From the NCBI GenBank assembly GCA_046563655.1, contig CM102286.1, forward strand, positions 6,076,001 to 6,140,000: 64,000 nucleotides of DNA, in the 5' to 3' direction. The DNA comes from Yuukianura sp. NJ FZ-2021. Taxonomy: Eukaryota. Below the pieces are notes generated by a model that saw only the letters and a list, made by a program, of their open reading frames with translations, was not told the DNA's origin and did no database searches. Each line of letters starts with the position of its first letter. Positions within the stretch are counted from its first letter, which is position 1. The position numbers and the translations under genes are program-made. Of the stretch, positions 36,041 through 48,000 are shown piece after piece.

Positions 36041-39000
36041 TCAAGCGTTTGATTCTTTTAAAGTCTGGGCCATTTTCATTGCTGCATCACTGGATTGCCA
36101 GTCGAGGAATTCGTTGTTGTCTACTAAGTGACTCTGGCCGGCGGGAGGACGTCCAAACCTCGGAAGTTTCTGAAATCCGTTCTGCTGTGGGAGATGTTTG
36201 GGTCGATTGTACGAAGATGTACAGTCATCTGGAAAAAAGTAAAATGTTAAATTTTATATCAGCTCATAAAATCGGGTTCTAAAACTAAGGACATGCAGTA
36301 TCATACTCTAATTGACGAGTGTCCCTTGGTCACAACGCGAAAACCCATGCTAATGCAAACTATAGGTAGAAAAAACTCTGTGCTTGGAAGAGAGGAACGA
36401 TTCTGGGGTGTACCTTTTACATTACTTCTCCAAGCACAGACTTTCCACAAATTCCATCTCAACTCAAATTCAGGGGGGGGGGGGTCTGGGGGGGTCCACC
36501 TCAACAATGTGTTTTTGATTCAACTAGACGGAACCCGTGATGTTTACACATCACGAAATTTACTTGAAGCACTAGGTCATTGTTGGGTCAAACGGAAGAG
36601 CTAGGAGATTTTTGACAAAATATTAAAAATCATCTTGCCCCATGTCAAACATCGACTAGCTCTTTCGTTTGGCCCAACGATGAACTAATGCTTCAAGTAA
36701 ATTTCGTGATGTGTAAACATCACGGGTTCCGTCTAGTTTCCAACAATTCAAAACTTTCGGATGCACTTTGTCTCACTGCATAAACAGAAAGCAAGAGAAA
36801 GTTGAGAACGGAAATGCCACCTAGCGCAATAAATTTGAAAATTTTGAAACAGCGTAGCTTTTGCTTTTTTGCTCGGGGAAATTGCTTGTTTAAATTTCGC
36901 GCTCAGTCAGTGATTTTGTTCAAAATGCTTCACAACTTTTTCCTTGAAAACGAAAACTGCTGAGAAACACAAAAACGTTGTACATCAAAGTAATTTTTTA
37001 GGTTGAAAGGTGTATAATTTGTGGATAATTGGCATAAATTTGAACGACTTCATTCACTGGCCATTAAACTGCTAAACCGGTTCGCATCCTCAATTTTTCT
37101 TCGAAGTCAATTATTTCTCCCATACACTGTGAACCATTATCACCCGGATGATAGTCTCTAGTGAGTAAAAAGTAATTGGGATTAACGCACCGAAGCAAAA
37201 ATTAACGCCATTTACACAGTAAAAGTGTACACTAAAGTACAATTTCTTGTCAAAACAATACAATGGAAAAACAACAACATCTTTTAAAAAATCTAAGCCT
37301 AAAACACTTTGAAAAAAAGAACTAACCAGTTCTTGAAGGCAGTAAAGGTGCGAGATGGCGCCTCTCCAAAGATTTACAAGAGTTATCGAATTTCTTCTTA
37401 TTTCCTTTGTTGTACAGTCTTTTACTTCCAGATTTACCGGAATTGAAGCTATCACTTGAGTACGCAGGGGAGCTTGAGCGCGAATTTTTAATCACTCCCC
37501 GAGCCGACGCCGAGCTACCACTGTTGTTTAAAATGTAATTGTTGGAAGTGGTTTGTGGAATTACATCATCGGCTTCTGCATATAAATTGCAGGAATTGGA
37601 GTCTGAGGCGAGACTTGGCAAGGAAGACTGAATTTCTCGATCAATCAGAGGAAAGACACTCGGATTTTGTTGTTGTTGCTGCTGGGAGAGCAGGAAGTTG
37701 GCTTCTTCGAGGTCACCGGGTTGGTAAACAGCTTCTGCAAAACCATTTGAGGCGGAAGCGGACTTGTTCGGATTGAAAATTTCGCCAATGTGGTACAGAT
37801 TCTCAGTCGTATGGGAATTTAGTTGGTGACCATGATGGAACTGTGGGTGTTGTTGATTGCCAGAGTAATGATGTAGAAGGGAAGAAGGAANNNNNNNNNN
37901 NNNNNNNNNNNNNNNNNNNNNNNNNNNNNNNNNNNNNNNNNNNNNNNNNNNNNNNNNNNNNNNNNNNNNNNNNNNNNNNNNNNNNNNNNNAAGGAATTTG
38001 ATCAGACTGCAGACCATTGTGAGATCTGTTTTGACCTGGACTTGGATAGCATCCCATTCTGGAACTCATCGGGATCTGTCGAGAGCAAGCAAAAAGGAAA
38101 GATGAAATTTTTGATTTCTTTTTTTTTTTTTTTTTATACAAATTCTTGAATTTTTGAATTTGTAAATTCCTGGAGAAAAGCAAATTGAAAGTAAATTTTT
38201 GTTTTCATCAGTACAAATTGTGCCGTTCTTTGCAACAGAACGCAGGTTTTTACTTAGAAATGCATTTAGAAAAAAGAAATGAAAAGTACATTCTTCTAGC
38301 GAGCATTTGTACTTGTTTCTAGATGAACAAGGAAATTCGAATTTTCCAGGAAGAGTTGAAAATTTGCGCGTGAACTGAAAAATTTAATTTCATTTGCTTC
38401 TCTCTTTTTTGATCAAAAATTTATACCATGTTCATAGCCGATGAAGGTGACGGAGACGGTGGCTGATGACTGGATTTGAATTTTCTAAAATTATTTGACC
38501 CCATGGACAGCTTCGAGCGGCCTAAAAAATTTCCAAAGCAATGATTATTACCTTGTCCAATTATTTTTTGAAATTTCGAAAATTGTTCTTTACAGGATAA
38601 ATTCTTACCGGAACTAAATTGATCCGAATCTCGATAGTTATCCGCTCCATTCTTGTTCAAGGGCCCTCCGTTTATGGGCAGTGGGTCCTAAAATGAGCAA
38701 TAAATTTTCATGACGACTCTTCACCTTATTCAAGCCTTGGAAGACGAGCCTTTGTCTTTTAAAAATCAAAGGGACCCCCACAAGGCTGTCTGACTTTGAG
38801 CTCGTAAAATTCTATTTAAGTTTATCTAAAAATTTCCTTTTATGGCGCATCCCATGTTTTTTGAAACCAAAATAAAAGTGTAGTTTTTTCTTAATTTTGA
38901 ATTACATAATTAGGTCTCCGCTGGATAAGCGTCGTGGTGGCATAAGGTGTTAAGTCTGGCTGTTGAAGGTGGAGCAACTGCGCCTGTCCTTTTCCATTGT

Positions 39001-42000
39001 TGCAGCTATTATTGTAGAACGTCGTAAGACTATGTGGGTCTACTTCGGCGTAGTCTGTAGCTTCTGTAGCCATTTCTCCACTGCCCAAGTGATTCGTCAG
39101 TAGCTTTGTCTTGGAACGATTAGAATCCTTGTCTGTCGTGTCAGTTGGACCCCAACGTTGGTCAATCCAGAGCGACTGCTTTCCGCTAACAAACTGCGTG
39201 TTACTATGTGGTGCCACGACGACACCTGAAAATTCACATGAAGAAATTTTTTTAAATACATTCAAAATTTTGGCGTGCTTCAGATTCAAGCAGGTTCTTT
39301 ATTTCTGCCTCAAAGAGCCGCAGCAGATCAAATCTCAATTTGAAAATTAGTTCCAACACGTCCGTTTTTTGAATTTGGGCTTTGAAGCGAGGAAGAGTCA
39401 GGAGCAGTGGAACGGAATGATTTACTTAAGGTGTGAGAATTTTCTGGAAGATGCGGGTGAATCCTATCAGTTCGGTGCCTAAATGTAATAATACGCTTAA
39501 GGTCTCACTTGAAATATGGTCTTTCTTCCCGTGGGACTTTCTGCGGCTGTAGAGGATGATGATGAGAAGAAGGAGGAAGATGAACAGGAGGAAGCCCATC
39601 AGGATGATGAACCAAACTTCCTTAAGAATCTCTGATGAGTTCCCATCTTCAGAAGAATTAACACTCTTCGAATTAACTTCAGACGAGGCGGCTGGAGATG
39701 CAGGGACCATGAGAAGGGAAAGCGGCGGTGAGTAGGGCCCTTCCCCCACTGCGGTGAAAGCACTCACGCGAATCGTGTACGACCTGCCGATGGTCAAGTT
39801 GTTCACGACGATGGCGGTAGTGTTTGAACCCACGTCAGTTTCCGAGTGAATCCGCGTGTCGTTGCGGCGCACTTCCACCTAAGGATAAAAAAATGTGTAA
39901 AATATGCTGAAACAAGCATACAAAGATACAGATGCTGTGACAAAAAGTCATCGCCAAAAGAAAAAACAGAAGATTAACATTACGACAATTTTTTCCCCAA
40001 CGTAACTCGTGTTTTTTTTCTAGATTGGTTTGCTTTGTGTAAGTTGAATTAGTCGATGCGTTTTTGGTGCTGTTTTACGTTTTCAAAATCCAATTGAATT
40101 AATCGATGATTTCAATTCAATTCCGAGATGAAGCTCGGAACGCAATAAATCGATACATTACTTGAATGATACTTTTGTTTTCCAAAAATATAAATTTGAA
40201 ACACAGATCGATGCAGATTAATCTTCTGTTTTTTAAGGTTTTGTGTCTTTACTGCCTTTTGATCGAGCAGAAACCAGAAAAGGAACTCAGGCATTTTGTA
40301 ATGGCACATTGAAGCCAATTTTCCTGCTCCTTTGGATCTCATTTTAATTCTGGTCTGCCTCTCAATTTCCATTCACTTCTCCGCTTTCTTTCAAATTAGT
40401 TGCACCCACGAGCGCATCTCAACCTCAAACAGTCTTCTGATAAAAACGCTCCATTCTTAACAAAAACAGCGGGAAAGGAGAGTTTTTATCAGGCCATTTG
40501 TAGTCTAATGGGAATCTTATTGAAAACGGCAGAAATCCTACGTAACAGTAATTTTTTAGTTAAGGTATTCACTAAACACGTTATATGCTAAGAGTCTTCT
40601 TTTTTTTCAATTTTACTATTCCATATAGGTTCAGAAAAATTTAATCCAGCAAATAGCTCACCAAAAATAGTATATAAAATTCCAGTGGCAGGCTGTTTAC
40701 AAGCCGTTGAACTCTTGCGTTCTAGCAGACTATCATTTCTTACTGCTAAAAAATACTAACCATAAAACCTGTCAAATTATAACCCAAAATGTGCTATTTT
40801 ACTCTAATCTAATGTTATAAAGTTGAAAAACAGTAAGCAACATTACTCTTTGTAATGTTGGTTACGTTAGGGAGTGATGGGTGGGAAAGGAGGTCAGAGG
40901 AGTCAGCATAATTAGGAGGAATGACCCTTGAAGGGCTAATAATTTGTCTTGGAGAAAGTCCATAACTTTTCACTTACTCTGTAGCCTGTCAAAACTCCAT
41001 TAACGTGGTTAGGTGGCGGGGGAGTCCAGGTTATGGTGGCTGCAGTGGAGTTGACGATGGTGGTCACCAGGAGCCCTTGTGGTGGGGCAGATGGCCCTGG
41101 AAAAATAAATAATTAGAACCCTTAATTCCTGTTCTTGAATTAAATCTAATGGAGCATAATCGTCTTTCCCCTCCGCATCCACTTTCTCTACCCTTAAGAT
41201 CAATTTTCTTGCGCGGACGGTTTTTAAAATTCGGGGTTATAAAAATTCAAAAGTAAATAATAAAATCAAAATTTGGTCTAAGTACGTTACAGCGGAATTT
41301 AAAATTTTGTCTTTCCCCGAGTTCTTCAAATGTTAAAATTTCATGAGGCACGAGTAAACTGCTCAAAGTTGCTCATTTTTTTGTTACAATAATTCAAGTC
41401 TAAAATGAAACGTTTGAGGCCGTTAGGCAATTGATTTTCACTTGAGATTTGAAAATGAAAGTTATAATGATAAAGTTAGCGCATGGAGATTTGAAAACTT
41501 TCATTTTAGTTCACTGAACTAAAACTATACGGAGATGCGCGCATAAGTACACTTTTGAAAAGGCGCGGTTTAGAATTTGGTGGTAGCAGCCACTAATTCT
41601 TTGAAATATTAAAGAGATGCTTTCATAAATGCGGAAGGGGGACCAGCCATTCGACGGTTTCCTTTTACATTTTCCCTAACTTTGCTGCACTTTCCCTTTA
41701 ATTCGAGGAAAGTTCTTGCCGTTGAATTAATACTCGGAGCAGTCCCGCGGGAAAACAATGTTTTCATTTCAGAAAGTTGTGTGCTCAGAAGATGAAGAAG
41801 AGGGGAGACGCTTTCTTTGGAAAAAATAGTTACTTCCTCCACTAATGAGCGACCTCTTAAGACAAGGGGCATGAGCGAAGAGTTCTACGCAGAACCGTGT
41901 CTCAAGATAAAAACTTTTTTTTAAAAAAAATTGAATTTTGGTTGTAAAATATAAAAACAATGGGAAGAAGACCACTTCAGAAATCAGAAAAATAAAGTTT

Positions 42001-45000
42001 TACAACTCACTGTCTTCAGAAGTGAGGACTGTTCGGGAGTTGGACGGTTGACCCTCGATGCTTTTGTAAAATGGAGCCAGGAAGACTTGGTAGCGGCTGA
42101 ACTTCTTGAGATTGGAAATGGTATGAGAATAGGCATCAGTCTTTTGGGCAACGACGGTTACTATGTTGAAGGTTGACGAAGGACCAGGATCCAAGATCTC
42201 TCGATAACGGACGTAGTAACCATCAATGAATTTTATTGACGACTTTGAGACCTAAGAGAAGAAGAAAAACGATTTGAAAAAAAGTCACGAGAGGCTTCTA
42301 ATGTTAAGTGGAGGCACTCGAAAATTAATTTATATGCGACCCTTGACCTCCAGAATTGAAAGCTAACGGATCCCAGACGACGATTTGTCACTTGAGGAGA
42401 CACTTGAGCTCATTATACACCTAAACCAACCTAATGAATCACTTGGCTAATTGTGGGGATAGAACCTTGAAGTGTTTTTCAAGTGTGTACGACAGGATTT
42501 TTTAAAACACCTACAATTTTTTTCGCTAAACGTTTCAACATGACCTGTCTCATCCGAAGGCATAATTTTTTTTTAAATCGAAAAATTGCATTTCTTGGAA
42601 GTCTAATTTTTGTGATTTCAATAAAATTAAGTGATATAGGCTAAATGCTAAATTATTTAAAGTTTTCGTGTTTTGTTAACTTAAATATGTAGGAAACTTG
42701 AAACCCTGGGGTAAGAAACTTGTTTTGTAGAAAGCAAAAGGGACCCTTTGTTACGTGTAATTAATCAAAATAAAGTGGAAGATCAAAGAGACATCATTGT
42801 TTAGACGGAGGGTGGAAAGATGAAGATATCTCTACACCAGGGACAGGAGACTAAACAAACCCATTCTTTATTTTCTGAAGCAGAGATCCACCGTGACAAC
42901 ATTATGTCTCCCTTAACAAATGGTCATGGAGGAGTCAAGGGTCTCAAGGCTACCGTCACGACAACAACAGTGGCCATGACACAAAACATGTTATTTGGAT
43001 CCTTAGTCTCACCAGAGTCGCCACACAAAATACAATTCACTTTTCCTTTCCTAACGGACCCTAACTGTAATTTTTATCAGGAGTTCTCGCTGGAAAAATT
43101 TCAGGGAAACGACATTTTCATTTTTTAGAGTTTTTTTTTTGAGGAAATTGATTTAGAAAATCCTGCTACATACCTTCCAAGTGTTTCTGATTGAAGTTGA
43201 TGAGGCAGCGTCTGAACTAATTAATTGAAGATCAGTCATTGCCAGTTGACTTCGTACTTCCTCTTCATCCACTTCATCAATGTCTGTCTTTCTGTACGCT
43301 GGTCTCGTCCTCATAATTTCAGACACGGGAGCTGCAGGAGAAAGTCCTTCTGGATTTTCAGCACGCACGACGAAAACGTATCTGCTATCAGGCTGAAGTC
43401 CTTCTACCGTGTACATGATTTCTCCCGAACGCGTTCCTCCGCCGTACAATCTTCGCCCGAGGACCCTCCATCCAGCGCCACTTTCATCAGGACTAAACGC
43501 TTCCAGCGTAAAACCAAGAAGCGGTGAGTTTCTGGCTGGAGCTTGCTTTTGAGCCCATGTCCAGGACAAGGTCAGGGAGGTCGCAGTGGAGTCGTTGAGG
43601 ACAGGACGAGACGGTGGAAGTGGCAAAAACGAAGGATTTGAGCGATGGAAGGCAATGTTTGGGTTTGTAGGAGATTCAACGAGGAGCGTCGCTGACGCCG
43701 ACGTGGATCCAGCCGATGAAGAGGCCACACACGTCCACAGTCCAGAGTCTGTCGCTCGTAAATCTGTCCAAAACAAAATAGAAACGAAGAGAGGACGGAT
43801 AAATATTGCGTTTCAATGAATACCATTTTCTGTAGAATTGTTTCTCTAACTTTCTGTTTTTTTTTTTGTGGAAACTTGAAAGCATGAAAGGCATAACCAA
43901 TTTTTCATCCAGCGATAGAAAGATCTGGACACGTCAGTTTCCAAAAAGCGGAAACGAGATATCTTCCAATTTCAAAAAAAAAAAGTTTTTGAAAAAAAGC
44001 TTGTTATAGCCAACCTTAAATCAACTTCAGCCTTCATCCTTTCAAAATTTTCCGGTTCTTGTTATTCTCTCTCATAAACTTCCAGAAGTTATTATTTTAC
44101 TAAAATCTACAAACTAACTGGACTAATTGAAACATTTAACTTTTTGAGCTCCCCCTAATTTTTCAAAATTTATTTTTGTTTAAACTTTCTTAAAGTCGAA
44201 TTTTTCATTCTAACAATTGAATGAGTCAGGAATTTTCCTGCTACTAGCATGTTCAACGTCTGAACTGTGATCATAAAAAAGCATTTCCTCAATTTCATTT
44301 CATCAAGATAGTTTAAGTGGATGAGGACATGATTTATTTAGATTTATCTCAAATGTCAACAAAGTTAACCCTAACCTACCAAAGTTAGTTTACAAAGTAA
44401 ACTTAACAAATCCTAAAAACAACATTATCATGCATCCGCCTTCAGATTCATGTAAACTAAAAACTTTAAAGGATGAACCGACTTATAAATATCTTGTTCA
44501 ACTTGCACTTTCTAAAAGAAGAAGTGACGTTCAGAAACGATGTCAAGATTTACTACTGTCATGTGTCGACACTGCGGCGCCAAGAAGAGGCAAAAGTTTC
44601 TATGATCTTTTAACTCAAAAGGAAAAGCCTTTTGGATTTGCAACTTTTAAAGGTCTCTAACATTTTTATATTTTCTTCCTAATTTTATTATGCAGTGAGA
44701 GTTATTACCAGGATCATAAAGTTGGGCTCTGCTCTATTTATTTGTGTCCTCAAAATATTTGGTTTCTTCTTTTTTCGAAAACTTGTTTGCCATTTTAGTT
44801 CCAACTCTCAAAGCATCTCAAAAGTATAGTAAAGAGGAAGGAAGTTCATAAAACTTTTCCTCTCTGCAGAAATTTCCATACTCTGAAAACCTGTTCCATT
44901 CACAAAACTTTCTCTTCTGGGCCCAGTAAAGGATTGCTTTAGCAGTAATTCATAGAAGCCTAACTTAACATAACCTAACCAACCTATATAGTTTAACTTA

Positions 45001-48000
45001 GCCTAACTAAAGAGAGGACAGTAAAAGATTTAGGAGAGAACGGGGACAAACGTGTTTTCCTGGAACATTATCATGGGAATAATCCAAACGATAGAGATTC
45101 TGTGAAAAACTTTTTCCTGGAGAAAGTTTGAAAAGTTCTGGAGAATTTGATACATAAAAATCGAGTTGTTTAATCAGCGTCAGCTTCTCTTTCATTCTCT
45201 GCGGTTAACCAAAGTCAACCTATTACCAGTGGAACTTAACCAAGGTCGTTACCTTATATTAGCCGGAAATGGGTGTAGTCTGACTTAGATATATGATCAT
45301 TTAACCTAACAATGAGAATTACCACCACCAGAGAGACTCTCTAAGAGAACAATTTCTCAAGATCTGTTCAGATCATGATCTTGGAATGGATTTCTGAGAG
45401 CAGACAAAAGACTCAAATGTGAAAATGTGATGATCTTTGGTCCTAGGAGCCCTTGGTATAGTAAAGACTCAAGAGAAAGCTGAAAGCTTTGAAACTAAGC
45501 CCTTCTGGCTTTGCGGAAACAAAGTATCATTTCTCTGCCCATAGAAATCAGGACTCCCATTAGTTCCAGGAGTCCTTGTGTCTAAAAGCCTTTCTCTGAC
45601 TTTCACTTTAGGTTTCCCTGACTTTTGTGCGTTGAGTTAAGTTAGGTTGTCCTACAGATTTGTCTTACCATTGATTTGAAGGGTTCCGTTTGGAGAGAAG
45701 GAAAAGCGACTCTCAGCTTCCTTGCCCATCAAGTCCCTTCCGTCCTTGAGCCATTTGATAGTAGGGAGTGGACGACCAAGGGCCTCGCAAGGGAAAGCGG
45801 CCATGCTCTTCAGCGGAAGTGTCTGATTTCTCGGCCCAACATTAATAATGGGCGGAGGAAGTCCATCTTGTGTAGAGAGGTCGAGGCGAGCAGTGGCTTC
45901 GGCTGACCCGGCTCCACTAACTGCACAGCATATATAAGTACCCACGTCTTCCTTCTTTATGCTGGAAATTGTAAGGGCTCCCTCGGGAGTTAGGGTCCAG
46001 TGTTCGGGGAGGTTGCCAGGGCCACTGCTGGGGCTCGGTCCCTGTCCAGGAAGAAAAAGTTCCTGACTCTTGTGCTTTCTCCAGTAGATTAGTGGTTGGG
46101 GAGATCCAGTTGCGAGGCATTCAAACTTCGCGGGCTCGTTGAGTCCTAAACGTTGATCTCTTGGCCGAGTAATAAATTTTGGGCGAGCTAAAAGTTTCAA
46201 AAAAAGAGAGACTTGATAAATAGGGTGAGCATTTAGTAATTACCAACACCAAAGCGGCCATTTAAAACCTCCCAAATCCCAAAGAGGCAGTTTAACTTTT
46301 TCTAGCAGAAAGGGAGGAAATTTAAAAATAGAAAAAAATACAAAGAATCAGCTATGCTAGACCGAAGTCATGCAACAACTTCCGAATTTTTTGGGGGTTT
46401 CAACCTCCGGAAGAAAGAACTTTCACTTTTCAGCTTAGCCTGCGTAATCGCAGTGCGTAATTTCCATATCTTCAAGAAAGAAAAGTCAGACTTCAAAGGA
46501 ATATGTAATGGGCACTGGGAAGTTCAATCACCAACGTTCAAATGTGATGTAATGGCGCCAGTTCATGAATTTTAATAGAAGGCTTTCAAGAAATTGACAA
46601 GTTCCGTGATCCATTCAACGGAAGTTTATGCCAATGTTAACATCACCACTTCAACTCCCGCTGCTAAACGTTTCCGGTTAACCTGAATTCGGGTTAATAC
46701 CCGCCACGGCGCCAATTTGTTGCGGAAATCTAAAAGTAGTTTTAGCAACGGAGAAAAGTAGTAATTTGTACAAAAAAATCGGTCGAAAGCTGATGACCGA
46801 TCGCTGAAGTATGGGAAAATCAAACACGCGAGTGATATTAGATAAAGAATGCAATTTTTTCTTGTACAAAACGGAATTCCGTAATAGAAAAATTTCGGGT
46901 TTTTACACGCATCTCTTGGAAACAAAATTTGTGAAAGTTCTTGTAAAACTGCGATGTTTCGCTTTTGGATTTTTCGGGGATTTCTCACACGTTCCCTTGC
47001 GCTTCGGATTTCATTTAAGGGGTTGCCGAACTTCACGACTCTGGTTGAAGTGGGTTTAAGGGCCCACTCGTGTTTTTAGTAGAAATTAATTAGTAATTCC
47101 AGAGACTTACAGTGAACAGTAAGAGTGGCACTTGCCCGTACACTTCCCAGTTCATTTGAACTCTGGCAAAAGTACATTCCCTCATCTTCAGGTCGAGCGT
47201 CTCTAATTTTGAGGCCAGCCACAACACGTTCCGCACGATCCTTGGGCATCTGAGCATCTTGACGGTACCAGTCAATAGATGGAGTTGGAATGCCATCGAC
47301 ATCACAGTTGAAAATGGCAGAGTCACCAATGATCACAGTCACATCTCGGGGTTCCTCTTTGAAATAGGGTTTTTCTACAAATTTAGAAAAAAGAATTAAT
47401 TTTGAAAATAATTTCGTAACTTTCAAAAAGCCGGAAGTTAAAGCATGAAACAAGGAGGGAAAGAGGGAAGTGAGTCACTTCACTTTAAAATCCTTAATTG
47501 CAGCACCCTACTTTTCAATGAAATAATAATACAAAAAAATATTGTACTTTTCCCTGTCATGCTCTTGCTTTTGCAGTTCAAGTTCAAATATTCCCTCCCG
47601 TTTGAAGTCCTTTTCAGCGTTTATTTCGGGTTTTCAAAAGTCAGCGCCCATCAGAGCAGGACGAAACCCCCTTTTTAGTCGTACGGGCCATTCAATAATG
47701 CTACGCAACAAAAACTTTTTTGGGGTTGGCGTTTTATGAATAGTGAAAATAAAAGGCTGCTCGTCGGAATGACCCAGCTGAATTCTTCCGCTCCACGGCT
47801 AATGTTTAATGGTGAAAATGTGTTTCATGGAAAAGTCTTTTCAAAATAGAAACTATTCTTTGATGCAAGAGTTAGTAGCCTTGTTCAATTCAAAATTCTG
47901 TCTAGAATCCTATCTCCCAAGGACTCACTTTCCATACAACAATGAGACACAATCAAAAAGCCGAGGTCAAATTCCGACTGTGTCACTCGGGTTAACAAGA

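Noticed and set aside
44115..44132. 18-bp identity TAACTGGACTAATTGAAA with 18425-18442
   Set aside because: An isolated AT-rich match with no flanking similarity, compatible with chance.
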